Source: Pseudomonadota bacterium | GTDB lineage: Bacteria > Bdellovibrionota_C > UBA2361 > OMII01 | Length of the DNA stretch: 64,000 nucleotides | Assembly: GCA_027485595.1 (NCBI GenBank) | Contig: JAIXQT010000249.1 | Span: forward strand, 5,320 to 69,319 | Direction: 5' to 3' | Part shown: positions 38,777-48,597 of the stretch, in pieces | How positions within the stretch are numbered: the first letter of the stretch is position 1 | Layout: each line of letters opens with the position of its first letter | Translations under genes and position numbers: made by a program | The notes under the pieces: model-generated | Told to the model about the DNA's origin: nothing | Databases searched by the model: none | Seen by the model: the letters and a program-made list of their open reading frames with translations, nothing else

Positions 38777-39730
38777 CTACTCATGGAGGCTCTCCAAGTA
38801 GCGCTCAGCGCTGATGGCAGCCTGACAACCTGAGCCGGCGGCGGTTATCGCTTGTCGGAAGACGTGGTCTTGGACGTCACCGCTCACGAATACGCCTGGC
38901 ACATTGGTTTCGGGTGAGTCTGCCTTGTGAAGGAGGTACCCGTTCTCATCCATCTCAAGTTGTCCCTTAAAGAGGCTGGAGTTGGGGGTGTGTCCGATGG
39001 CGACAAAGAGCGCATCTGCTGGGAGTGTTGTTCGCTCTTGGGTTTTTGTGTCCTCAAGAACGAGAGCGGTAACGCCATCCTTCTTAGAGCCTTCAACGGA
39101 GACAACGCCCTTGTTCCACAAAACCTCGATCTTTGGGTTAGAGAGCACGCGGTCCTGCATAATCTTGGAAGCCCGAAGGGAGTCGCGTCGGTGGATAAGG
39201 TAGAGCTTGCTAGCGAATCTGGTAAGGAACGAGGCCTCTTCACATGCGGAGTCTCCACCACCAACAACAGTGATGATCTTGTTTCGGAAGAAAGCGCCGT
39301 CGCACGTGGCACACGTTGAAACGCCGTATCCAAGAAGCTCTCGCTCGTTCTCAGCGCCGATGTACTTTGGAGCTGCTCCAGTGGAGATGATGAGGGCGTC
39401 ACAGGTATAGGTGCCGGATTGTCCCTCAAGCTTAATAGGGCGTTGGGTGACATCCGCCTTAACGATAGTATCTACGGCAATCGTCGTTCCGAAACGCACT
39501 GCTTGTTTCTCCATGAGCTGCATGAGCTCTGGACCCATGATGCCCTCTGGGAACCCAGGAAAGTTCTCAACGTCGGTGGTGGTGGTAAGTTGCCCACCGG
39601 CGAGGGGCCCGTGGATGAGAAGGGGGTTGAGGTTAGCGCGGCCTGTGTAAATGGCAGCCGTCAAACCAGCGGGACCGGAACCAAGAATGATTACCTTGTG
39701 GTGCTTAGGGTTGTTTGTAGAATCACTCAT
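38777..39730 (-). CDS. trxB: Thioredoxin-disulfide reductase
   Basis: ILGSGPAG FAD motif and the redox-active CATCDGAFF. Confidence 0.93.
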   Translation of the reverse strand: MSDSTNNPKHHKVIILGSGPAGLTAAIYTGRANLNPLLIHGPLAGGQLTTTTDVENFPGFPEGIMGPELMQLMEKQAVRFGTTIAVDTIVKADVTQRPIKLEGQSGTYTCDALIISTGAAPKYIGAENERELLGYGVSTCATCDGAFFRNKIITVVGGGDSACEEASFLTRFASKLYLIHRRDSLRASKIMQDRVLSNPKIEVLWNKGVVSVEGSKKDGVTALVLEDTKTQERTTLPADALFVAIGHTPNSSLFKGQLEMDENGYLLHKADSPETNVPGVFVSGDVQDHVFRQAITAAGSGCQAAISAERYLESLHE

Positions 39731-39760
39731 AGAGAATTAGCCTCAAAAACTACGGTCAAC

Positions 39761-41380
39761 ATGCAGAACCATACTAAAATCACCAAAGTTCTCATAGCAA
39801 ATAGGGGTGAAATAGCTCGACGTGTCATAAAAGCGAGCTCGGAGATGGGCATTCAGTCCGTCCTGGTGGTATCCGACGTTGATGCGGAATCGCTCGCCGC
39901 GCAAGAGGCCTCGCAGGTCATCCGTATCGGGGGGCAAACCGCGGCGGAATCTTACCTCAACCAAACCAAGATTATAGAAGCCGCTCGTTCCACGGGGTGT
40001 CAGGCGATTCATCCGGGTTACGGATTTCTCTCTGAGAACGCCGAGTTCGCTGAGGCGGTCATCAAAGCGGGATTGATTTTTGTGGGGCCTTCGCCAGAGA
40101 GCATTCGAGCTTTGGGTGTGAAGACGACGGCTCGACGAACGGTATCAGCCGCGGGAGTGCCGATTACTCCTGGAAGTGAGGGGGCTGAAACAGACGAGGC
40201 ACTGGTTGCCGCGGCCACTCGCATCGGCTTTCCGGTCATTATTAAAGCCGCCGCTGGTGGTGGTGGGCGAGGGATGCGGATCGTTAGAGCCGCCACGGAG
40301 ATGAAAGAATCTATTGATCGAGCGCGGGCTGAAGCGCACAAGAATTTTGGAAGTCCTGAGGTATACTGCGAAAAGTTTATAGAGGGGCCACGACATGTCG
40401 AGGTTCAACTCTTCGGAGATCAACACGGCAATGTGGTCCACTTTGGAACTCGCGACTGCTCAGCGCAGCGTCGACACCAAAAACTTGTTGAGGAAGCACC
40501 CGCGCCGTTTCTTGACGAAGATGTCCGTGAGCGTATTCATCAAGCCGCTGTAACCGCGGCGAAAACCGTTGGATACTACAATGCTGGAACCGCTGAGTTT
40601 TTAGTATCCGGTCGTGAGTTTTACTTCCTTGAGATCAACACCCGAATTCAGGTTGAGCATCCAATCACAGAGATAGTGACGGGAACCGACCTCGTTCAGT
40701 TGCAGCTTCGAATCGCTATGGGCGAAAAACTCCCTATGCGTCAGAGCGATATTTCGTTCAGTGGACACGCGATCGAATTGCGGATTAACGCGGAGGATGT
40801 GTTTGAGGGCTTCCGTCCGGCGCTCGGAACTATTACTGCATGGCGACGTAACGATTCGTCGTCTGCACGTGAGGACTACGGTTATCGGGTTGGGGATTCG
40901 ATTCCACCTTTCTATGACTCGCTTGTCAGCAAGGTTATTGTGAAGGGCGAATCAAGGCAGGCGACTCTCTTTAATGCGTTTCAGTATTTGAAGGGCTACT
41001 CGATTGAGGGATTACCGACGACGGTGCCGTTCCACGCTTGGATACTCGCGAATGTGGATTTCCAAACTACAGGAATCGATATTGGATATGTCGAGCGAAC
41101 GTTTACCGCTGACGGTGCTCGTGAGGCTTCCGTGCTGCTTGAGACCGATACGGATCATCGAGAGGGGACGGGAGCTAGCAATCATACCGAGAGAGTTGAG
41201 GTGGTGGGACCACAGGGCGAGAGATTCAACGTAGAACTTGTGCACGAGCCGGGAGGCACCTTCGTGGCGATTCCACTAGAGGGGGATAGCAAGCACAGAG
41301 AGCAATCGTTGTGGTGCCGATCAAACTCGCGGGCTACAGCGTTGGCGGGGGTAGGGAGTGTCCTCAAACACCCTCGTTAA
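39761..41380 (+). CDS. accC: Biotin carboxylase (AccC/PycA-like) with ~90-aa C-terminal extension
   Basis: From ATG 39761: KVLIANRGEIARR, ATP-grasp GGGGRGMR, EINTRIQVEHP. The part of the track ORF upstream of 39761 is antisense to trxB. I saw no biotinyl-Lys (AMKM-type) motif in the extension. Confidence 0.85.
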   Translation: MQNHTKITKVLIANRGEIARRVIKASSEMGIQSVLVVSDVDAESLAAQEASQVIRIGGQTAAESYLNQTKIIEAARSTGCQAIHPGYGFLSENAEFAEAVIKAGLIFVGPSPESIRALGVKTTARRTVSAAGVPITPGSEGAETDEALVAAATRIGFPVIIKAAAGGGGRGMRIVRAATEMKESIDRARAEAHKNFGSPEVYCEKFIEGPRHVEVQLFGDQHGNVVHFGTRDCSAQRRHQKLVEEAPAPFLDEDVRERIHQAAVTAAKTVGYYNAGTAEFLVSGREFYFLEINTRIQVEHPITEIVTGTDLVQLQLRIAMGEKLPMRQSDISFSGHAIELRINAEDVFEGFRPALGTITAWRRNDSSSAREDYGYRVGDSIPPFYDSLVSKVIVKGESRQATLFNAFQYLKGYSIEGLPTTVPFHAWILANVDFQTTGIDIGYVERTFTADGAREASVLLETDTDHREGTGASNHTERVEVVGPQGERFNVELVHEPGGTFVAIPLEGDSKHREQSLWCRSNSRATALAGVGSVLKHPR

Positions 41381-41525
41381 AAGCGTGGCGATGGAAAACT
41401 GCAGAGTTTCGTTTCTTCCACAATCCCGCGCCTCAATCACCTGGAAAACAAGGCTAAGGTTTGATTGACTACTCTTGGTTGCCCTGTATGCTTGGATGAG
41501 CGGAATAGGGACGAGGATTGTAAAG

Positions 41526-42491
41526 GTGAAGCGATTTCTCACGCGTATACTGTTGGGGGCGATGTGTGGATGGAGCGCGCCAGCGCTCGCTGACCTCCCC
41601 GTGTATGAGGATTCAGGCGAGATAGCCGAGTTCGTCAATGGAATCGTCAATGAATCAGTAAACGCGAATACACTCTTTGCCTCTCAAGAAGCGATCGCTA
41701 CGGGTCGTTTCACCCAGCGACAAAACTCACAGCCAGATAAGGATTACACAACGATTCGCTTGCCTGGTGAATTTGTGTTTGGAGAGATACCTGACACGGT
41801 TCGTCCGTTTGCGGAGGCAAACGTTGCCCTTTTACGAACAACGGCCGGGTTTGATCCACCAGATGGCAATGGAGAGGCTGATTTTACGGTAACTTCTCTC
41901 TTCGCCTTGTCAGGAGGAGGTGGCGCCTTTATTAAACTAAGCGATTCAGTCACCCTTGAGCCTTCCGCCTCTCTTACCTACAGTCACATCAAGAATAGGT
42001 ATAATTTTAATAATGCCTACAGTCAGACCTACCTTCAACAGTACGAAGGTGACCTTTTTAACTGGTCGATGGATGTCTTCACCTACGCCCCCTCCCTAAA
42101 GCTACTTTATCAAAGAGACTTGGGGATTGGCGTCCTAAACTATCAGATTGGCTATACCTACCTGTTTAACGACACCCTAAGTGATGACAGCTCCGTCATA
42201 GACGTTAATTCGAGCACAGGACTGTCGAGTAACCGAATCGACATCCTTATCCCCGCGAGCGTTACCATCAACACGACAACGCTCTTTGTTCGGCCCATGT
42301 TTCAGTGGAATAATATTAGTGGTAACGCCGTGGCGGGATTGGGTTTACGCGATCTCTACGAGGTTGGCGCTGATTTTGTGGGAAAGATGCTCGAGAGCGA
42401 CTCCTTCATCTCAACCGTTACAGTCGGAGCAAGCTATGTCACGGGAGACAGCTTTGAGGGGTATCATCTCGGGGCGGGATGTACCTTCTAA
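41526..42491 (+). CDS. Putative outer-membrane beta-barrel protein
   Basis: GTG at 41526 is preceded by GAGGA and gives the signal peptide VKRFLTRILLGAMCGWSAPALA. There are alternating beta-strand-like segments and a C-terminal ...GAGCTF ending in Phe. The ORF could also start at 41475 or 41496. Confidence 0.5.
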   Translation: MKRFLTRILLGAMCGWSAPALADLPVYEDSGEIAEFVNGIVNESVNANTLFASQEAIATGRFTQRQNSQPDKDYTTIRLPGEFVFGEIPDTVRPFAEANVALLRTTAGFDPPDGNGEADFTVTSLFALSGGGGAFIKLSDSVTLEPSASLTYSHIKNRYNFNNAYSQTYLQQYEGDLFNWSMDVFTYAPSLKLLYQRDLGIGVLNYQIGYTYLFNDTLSDDSSVIDVNSSTGLSSNRIDILIPASVTINTTTLFVRPMFQWNNISGNAVAGLGLRDLYEVGADFVGKMLESDSFISTVTVGASYVTGDSFEGYHLGAGCTF

Positions 42492-43201
42492 CGCGCGTCG
42501 GGTATGTCGAGTGATAATTCAGCGGCAGGGTCGCTGATGATCTCGATGTCTTGTTTCGTGAGCGGGTGTGAAAAGCGTACCTTCATCGCGTGAAGAAAGA
42601 ACTCCCGTGGTATCCGAGTTAGATTGGTAAGGGGTTTTTTTGACCCATAGAGGGTGTCTCCAACGAGAGGAAATCCTAGGTAAGCGGCGTGCGCCCGGAC
42701 CTGGTGTCGTCGCGCTGGTGACGCAACCGCATGGACTATCGTGGCATCGCAATGAGCAAGGTAACGTTGGGCAGAATAGGTCGTCGTTCCCTCAAGGGCG
42801 CGTGCCCAGTCGGGGGGTTGTTTTTCGTATACCTTCATCTTCTTCGCTCCTCGATGAGGAGAGCCTATCCATGATGTAATGGTATGAGAGCCCGCGCATT
42901 CGCCCTCAACGATGAGCGCGTAGGTTTTATGTATATCTCCGGCCAGGAGTTGCTCATACAGCGCGTTCCAAACGGCGCGAGTAGTGGCGCCCAGCAGAAC
43001 GCCGCTTGTGCCCTCGTCGAGCCGGTTGATGAGCCCCGCGTCACCAGGTTGCTTGCTTGCTTGGCTGAGAGAGCGATTCGTTTGCAAGAGCTCATCGGCC
43101 ACAGAGGTGCCTCCGCCCTTTTGAAGTTGAACGGAGTGAGTGCCAGCGGGTTTATATACCGCAAAGATATCACCGTCGTTGTAGAGGTAGGTCAAAGGCA
43201 T
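42488..43201 (-). CDS. RluA-family pseudouridine synthase
   Basis: The INRLDEGTSGVLL catalytic Asp motif and the KTYxA-type motif (KTYALIVEG). Confidence 0.85.
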   Translation of the reverse strand: MPLTYLYNDGDIFAVYKPAGTHSVQLQKGGGTSVADELLQTNRSLSQASKQPGDAGLINRLDEGTSGVLLGATTRAVWNALYEQLLAGDIHKTYALIVEGECAGSHTITSWIGSPHRGAKKMKVYEKQPPDWARALEGTTTYSAQRYLAHCDATIVHAVASPARRHQVRAHAAYLGFPLVGDTLYGSKKPLTNLTRIPREFFLHAMKVRFSHPLTKQDIEIISDPAAELSLDIPDAR

Positions 43202-43373
43202 GGGACCTATGCTACCATGAGGGCTGTCTATAGGGCTAACTCCTTGTGGAGCGGTGACCGGTGTGTCTCAAAAGGCCCGTGAACGTGCGCGAGCACTGGC
43301 AGATAAGAGCTCGTAGCGTAGCGAAAAAACTTTTTGAAAGCCCCCACACGGACGTTGTATCTCTTCGTTGTCG

Positions 43374-44237
43374 ATGAAAGAATCTACCACCATCACGAGC
43401 CTCAACGCCCTCATAGCGAAGGGGCCACCAACGCCGCAAGCATTTCAAAAATTTGTGCTCGGCTACTTCAAAAAAAACAGCCGTGACTTTCCGTGGCGAA
43501 CGACCAAAGACCCGTACAAAATCTTGGTTAGCGAGGTGATGCTTCAGCAGACACAGACCGAGCGGGTTGTGGCGAAGTACGCCGAGTTTCTTAAAGCGTT
43601 TCCAACATGGAGGGCACTCAGTGAAGCGACGCCAGCCGACGTTGTGAAGGTGTGGATGGGGCTCGGCTACTATCGCCGAGCGTTTAATCTTCACAAAGCG
43701 GCGCAGAGCGTGTGCCACGAGTACGGTGGATCTCCGCCAGAGACCGCTGAAGATTTAAGAAAGCTACCTGGGGTCGGTCCCTATACAGCCGCCGCTGTCG
43801 CGGCGTTCGCTTTCGGTGAACCAGCGCCGATGATTGAGACCAACATTCGCTCGGTGTACTTGTACACATTTTATCCACAGGTGTGTGCGGTGAGTGATAA
43901 AGAGCTCCTGCTAACAGTTGAGGAGACCCTCTACAAGCAAGATCCTCGCACTTGGTTTTACGCGCTCATGGATCTGGGCGTTGAGCTCAAGAAGCACACT
44001 AAGGGAATAAACCAGCGCAGTAAGCATCACGTGAAGCAATCGAAGTTCGAGGGATCTCATCGGCAGGTGCGCGCAGCGGTCTTGCGCGCTATCGCGGAGG
44101 AAGAGAGCCTTCGACGTGCTGATATAACCCGCAAGCTCTCGTACGATGCTGACAAGATCGAAGCTGCGATTGTAGAGCTTCAGTCGGAGGGGTTGATAGA
44201 GAAAATTCGCGGTGGGCGGCTAGCTATAGTGGGGTAA
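43374..44237 (+). CDS. HhH-GPD DNA glycosylase, MutY-like but lacking the Fe-S cluster loop and the Nudix-type C-domain
   Basis: FPWRTTKDPYKILVSEVMLQQTQ (catalytic Glu context), GLGYYRRA, LPGVGPYTAAAV. There is no Cys-x6-Cys-x2-Cys-x5-Cys after ALMDLG. The C-terminus looks like a winged helix. Confidence 0.75.
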   Translation: MKESTTITSLNALIAKGPPTPQAFQKFVLGYFKKNSRDFPWRTTKDPYKILVSEVMLQQTQTERVVAKYAEFLKAFPTWRALSEATPADVVKVWMGLGYYRRAFNLHKAAQSVCHEYGGSPPETAEDLRKLPGVGPYTAAAVAAFAFGEPAPMIETNIRSVYLYTFYPQVCAVSDKELLLTVEETLYKQDPRTWFYALMDLGVELKKHTKGINQRSKHHVKQSKFEGSHRQVRAAVLRAIAEEESLRRADITRKLSYDADKIEAAIVELQSEGLIEKIRGGRLAIVG

Positions 44238-44319
44238 GCGTCTTCTCGGGGCGCGCTTCGCAACCGAGGCAGATCGGAAGCTGATCAAAGAGGCACGCCA
44301 ACGTCAGAGAGTGTTTTTC

Positions 44320-45159
44320 TCATCCAACCATCGAGGACGGAAGAGTTACGTCTGCAGCGTTTGCATTACTCGTGAATTCGTTCTCCCACTTGGTATGCGC
44401 GGAAATGATTGTCTTCGCGTATTGGAGGCTTTGGGTCGGAGGTTTAACGCCGCCGCGCATTGAGAGGACTACATTTGTGGGTCCCCAGTTGTACGCGATG
44501 AGCACTCGCTCCCTATTTCCGTTAAACTTACGCTCAAGATATTTGAGATACGCTATGCCCAGGCGGATGTTCGTGGCCGGGTCGTGGAGGTCCTCCGATC
44601 GCTTGAGAGCGATCTTCTCACGTTCCGAGATGTACTTGCCGGTTGCTGGCATAAGCTGCATGAGTCCCCTGGCTCCGCGGGCTGATGTAGCCCCGTGACG
44701 GAACATGCTCTCGGAGCGAATCACAGCGGCAACGAAGAGGGGATCGTAGCCGGCTTTCTCGCTCTCATTAACGATAACCTCGGCGAGGTCCTGAGTATTT
44801 GGTTTGGTCGGGTTGTGTAACCTTATGATTTTAGACACAAAACCGGCTTGCTGGGCTCGGCGCATGGCCTTCATGTCCTGAAGGCGCGCCTCGCTCTCGA
44901 TGGCAGCCGTTGCCTGATGGGCAGCCCTATCGGAGAGGTTTTTTTGAGTCAAAAGGAAAACCAGGGTAACGTATGAGGCTACTCCGGCGCACTTCGCCAA
45001 AGCGTGAAGCGTGCTTCGGATGGGTGCTGATTTTTTACTGATAACTGCTCTGTCCATATCGGCTCTCGCCGTACCTTTAAACGTCTCGCCGCCGGTAAGG
45101 CGGAGTGAGGTGCCCGACAAAATGGTGCCTCTCTCATCCAGATGATGGGTATGGCGCAA
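44320..45159 (-). CDS. Lytic transglycosylase (SLT domain)
   Basis: IRSESMFRHGATSARGARGLMQLMPATG and AYNWGP motifs, plus an N-terminal TM. The start may be Met at 45057. Confidence 0.85.
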   Translation of the reverse strand: MRHTHHLDERGTILSGTSLRLTGGETFKGTARADMDRAVISKKSAPIRSTLHALAKCAGVASYVTLVFLLTQKNLSDRAAHQATAAIESEARLQDMKAMRRAQQAGFVSKIIRLHNPTKPNTQDLAEVIVNESEKAGYDPLFVAAVIRSESMFRHGATSARGARGLMQLMPATGKYISEREKIALKRSEDLHDPATNIRLGIAYLKYLERKFNGNRERVLIAYNWGPTNVVLSMRGGVKPPTQSLQYAKTIISAHTKWENEFTSNANAADVTLPSSMVG

Positions 45160-45277
45160 AGGGTTCCTGAGAAGGCTTTGGAGATGGGCCGCTCGTTGGG
45201 TGGTTGTTAGTTAAGTGCCTGATATAATATGAGTATTTATTACTTCAAAGGGGCCGAAGGGTCGGCCTAACGTACTA

Positions 45278-47185
45278 ATGAGTCGTTCTAAACCGAATCA
45301 AATTGTGGTTGTTGGAGGGGGGCATGCCGGCATTGAAGCAGCCTATGCCTCAGCTCGGGCCGGCGTCCCAACAGTCCTCGTCTCGTTGCGCCGGGACGGT
45401 ATCGGTCAGATGTCTTGCAACCCAGCTATCGGTGGGGTCGGGAAGGGGCACCTCGTTAAAGAGCTCGATGCCTTGGGGGGGCTCATGGGGCGAGCGATCG
45501 ATGCGACAGGCATTCAGTTTAAAACTCTGAACTCAAGCAAGGGTGCCGCGGCTCAAGCAACACGCGCTCAAGCGGACCGAGATCTGTATAAGGGGTGGGT
45601 TCAGCGGTTTCTCACAGGGGTTCCCGACCTGACCATCGTTGAAGGAGAGGCAGCATCGGTAGAGGTTGAAGGGAATGTTGTCGTTGGCGTTCGTCTCTCC
45701 GACGGGTCATACCTTAACGCGGCTGGGGTCGTGCTCACGACCGGAACGTTCCTGCGGGGATTGATGCACACCGGTCCGTCACAGACTCAGGGGGGACGTC
45801 TCGGTGACAAGGCATCGAATGATCTCAGTGATTCACTACGGTCCCTCGGATTCTCCCTTGGGCGACTCAAGACCGGAACGCCTCCACGCCTTCGTCGTTC
45901 AACGATTAACTTTGAAGGATTGGTTGAGCATCCAGGAGATACGCCTCCGCCACCCTTCTCTTTCATGACGAAATCGATTGAACGCCAACAAATATCGTGT
46001 TGGCAGACAACAACGAATGAGCAGATTCACGACCTTATTCGTGACAATCGAGACCACAGCCCGATGTTCAACGGACAGATACAATCTGGGGGGCCCCGAT
46101 ACTGCCCGTCAATTGAAGATAAGGTATTTCGCTTCGCCGATAAGAAGAGCCATCCAGTGTTCCTTGAGCCGGAAGGGTTTACCTCGGATATCGTGTATCC
46201 AAACGGTATCTCCACATCGCTCCCATTCGATATTCAGCAAGCGTTTATTCGCAAAATTAAGGGACTCGAAAACGTTGAGTTCTTAGCGCCTGGTTACGCG
46301 GTCGAGTACGATTTCGTGGATCCTCGCGAGCTCCTTCCTACGTATGAGACGAAAGGGATCTCAGGTCTCTATCTTGCTGGACAGATCAACGGAACGAGTG
46401 GGTACGAGGAGGCGGGCGCTCAAGGGCTTATCGCCGGCGCGAACGCGGCTTTAAAAGTTCTTGGAAAGGACCCGCTCATTATCACGCGTGGTCAGGGGTA
46501 TATCGGGGTGATGACCGACGACCTCACCACGAACGGTGTCGATGAACCGTACCGTATGTTTACCTCACGAGCTGAGTATCGCCTCATCCTTCGAGAGGAT
46601 AACGCCGCCGCTCGTCTGTGTCCGGTCGCAATGGAATACGGATTGTTAAACGAAGAGCAGCGCGTGGCCTTTGAGGAGCGACAGAACGCCTATGAGCGCG
46701 CGACGAAATGGCTTTCGAACACCTATGCTAAGCCAAATGAGTCGACGAACTCGTGGCTTGAACAAAAAGGTACCGCAACCCTTAAAGACCGAGCTTCTCT
46801 CTCGCAACTTGTAAAACGACCGCAGCTCTCCCTTGATGATATCTTGGAGCAGTTCCCATACGACGAAGAGCTTTCGACAGACCTTCGCGCAGCGGTGGAG
46901 ATTGAGTTTAAGTTTCGAGGATACCTCGATCGACAAGAAGATGAGGTTCGACACCTGAAGAAGATCGAATCAGAGTTGCTGCCCGCTGATTTTCCGTACG
47001 ACCAGATCAAGCAACTTCGTCGAGAGGCTGTTGATAAGCTCAAGAAGCATCGCCCAGCTTCGATAGGACAGGCCTCCCGAATATCGGGCATGACACCTGC
47101 AACTATCTCGATAATCGCTATGTATTTGAAGCGGTATCGAGAGGGCATGTTTGGAGCGTCCGAGCCGGAATGTTCTAACGGTTAG
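45278..47185 (+). CDS. mnmG: tRNA uridine 5-carboxymethylaminomethyl modification enzyme MnmG (GidA)
   Basis: [15 protein letters not shown] motif and full-length 635-aa GidA-like sequence. An origin-proximal location is typical for this gene. Confidence 0.95.
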   Translation: MSRSKPNQIVVVGGGHAGIEAAYASARAGVPTVLVSLRRDGIGQMSCNPAIGGVGKGHLVKELDALGGLMGRAIDATGIQFKTLNSSKGAAAQATRAQADRDLYKGWVQRFLTGVPDLTIVEGEAASVEVEGNVVVGVRLSDGSYLNAAGVVLTTGTFLRGLMHTGPSQTQGGRLGDKASNDLSDSLRSLGFSLGRLKTGTPPRLRRSTINFEGLVEHPGDTPPPPFSFMTKSIERQQISCWQTTTNEQIHDLIRDNRDHSPMFNGQIQSGGPRYCPSIEDKVFRFADKKSHPVFLEPEGFTSDIVYPNGISTSLPFDIQQAFIRKIKGLENVEFLAPGYAVEYDFVDPRELLPTYETKGISGLYLAGQINGTSGYEEAGAQGLIAGANAALKVLGKDPLIITRGQGYIGVMTDDLTTNGVDEPYRMFTSRAEYRLILREDNAAARLCPVAMEYGLLNEEQRVAFEERQNAYERATKWLSNTYAKPNESTNSWLEQKGTATLKDRASLSQLVKRPQLSLDDILEQFPYDEELSTDLRAAVEIEFKFRGYLDRQEDEVRHLKKIESELLPADFPYDQIKQLRREAVDKLKKHRPASIGQASRISGMTPATISIIAMYLKRYREGMFGASEPECSNG

Positions 47186-47250
47186 GACCGTTGATGCTCC
47201 TTTCAATCCCATCGGCCAATGATGAGATAGGGTGAGAATAAGGTGATTGT

Positions 47251-48321
47251 ATGAGATCTCCAACGTCAACGTCCGTAGCCGCGCTCTCCATGCTCGCATT
47301 GGCCTCACTCCCTGGAGAGCGAAGCGCCTACCCACCAGAGATGATTTCACAACAGGGACCGCCGCCCGCGGGAGAGGTCAACCGCATGCACACAGAGGAG
47401 CTCGATGATGATAAGACGGAGCCACCGCTCCTACGGCACGAGATCATCTCCCACGATATTATTCGTGATACGATGCTCCGCCGCGGAACAACGTATGTCG
47501 TAGAGGGGGAGGTTCACGTTCGCACAGGAGTCACGCTCAGAGTCGAGGACGATGTGACGATTCTTCTCCGGAACGGGTATCGGCCCATGCGAGCCATAGA
47601 TACGAGCGCTCTTGTTTTTGATAGCGGCTCCCGTCTTGAGGCGCAGAAGATCGTTTTCGGTTCAGCGGATGAAAGCGGAAATAAGGTAACGAAAGCCCTC
47701 AACGGAGGGGTATATTTCTGTGGGTCCTATAGAACCGCGACAACAGATGGCATCTCATCTGTGGCCGGGAGCCCAGTATCCCTTTTTAAAGCATCGTGCA
47801 TTATCGCTGATCACATAGGCAGACCAGATCCTCGAGAGGGAGACGGAGATGATAAGGTTTGTGACGATATCGATGCCGTTTCTATTATTGGGGTAGGGCG
47901 AGACGAGTGGCGCATCGCAACCGTTGAAAGCATCTGCTCGGGTGATGATGGTATCGATATTACCAATTCCTCAATCGAATTAGACACCCTTGTGGTGATG
48001 GCACCTATCGAGGATGGTATTAACGTAACGAGTAGCTCGATAACAGTTCGGAAGAACTGCACCGTCTTGATGTCACGAAGTGATGCGGTAGATCGGGAGA
48101 TATTTGATTTCGAGATCGATAATGGCCCGGTTCTCCTGGCGATGCCCCAAGGAGCGCTCGTTACCTTCAGTGGGTACTGGGGAAATCGCGCGGATGACGC
48201 CCTTGTCACCTCCCTCGATATGCCTCGACCGCCCGAACTGGGGGCTCCAAACAAGTTTTATGAATTTTCCGGTCCCCTGAGCAAGGGGCCTCTTCGGGTT
48301 GATTCAAATACGACTGACTAA
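47251..48321 (+). CDS. Secreted protein with parallel beta-helix-like repeats (function unknown)
   Basis: Signal-like N-terminus and repeated segments DGIDITNSSIELD / DGINVTSSSITVR resembling PbH1 repeats. Confidence 0.5.
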   Translation: MRSPTSTSVAALSMLALASLPGERSAYPPEMISQQGPPPAGEVNRMHTEELDDDKTEPPLLRHEIISHDIIRDTMLRRGTTYVVEGEVHVRTGVTLRVEDDVTILLRNGYRPMRAIDTSALVFDSGSRLEAQKIVFGSADESGNKVTKALNGGVYFCGSYRTATTDGISSVAGSPVSLFKASCIIADHIGRPDPREGDGDDKVCDDIDAVSIIGVGRDEWRIATVESICSGDDGIDITNSSIELDTLVVMAPIEDGINVTSSSITVRKNCTVLMSRSDAVDREIFDFEIDNGPVLLAMPQGALVTFSGYWGNRADDALVTSLDMPRPPELGAPNKFYEFSGPLSKGPLRVDSNTTD

Positions 48322-48597
48322 TCATACGCCTGTGGTGTTAGCAAGCTAACAACCGAATCTGCGATGGCAACTTTTATTCGATTTTCCGCTCTCTCCCGAC
48401 CTCGCGCGGGAAGACGTGATGACGGTGACGGAGGTTTGTGGGTGCAAGTCCCTCGGGAGGCATCACTAGGTCAGGTCGGCATTTTGTAGCAACTAAGTTG
48501 AGTGCGCGCGGAGCAAGGTGACCCTTCTTGCTCACAAGCTGTGGTAACACACTCAGAAGATTAACACAGGCCCACATTCGCGCCAAAAAGAGCGAGA

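Noticed and set aside
39419-39760. 5' extension of the accC ORF (114 extra codons)
   Set aside because: It runs antisense through the trxB N-terminus. The recognisable biotin carboxylase N-terminus (KVLIANRGEIA) begins right after the ATG at 39761.
43236-43718. Minus-strand ORF of 160 aa overlapping the mutY-like start
   Set aside because: It is antisense to a gene with clear HhH-GPD motifs, and its product is Arg/His/Cys-rich with no features.
48322-48597. Possible SRP RNA or cobalamin/FMN-type riboswitch (strings aggtcaggtc and ggtgcaagtccc)
   Set aside because: The SRP helix-8 context (GNRA loop plus AGCA/GGAA loops) cannot be paired here. The cobalamin core (GCCACTG box) is absent. No gene lies downstream in either orientation for a riboswitch to control.
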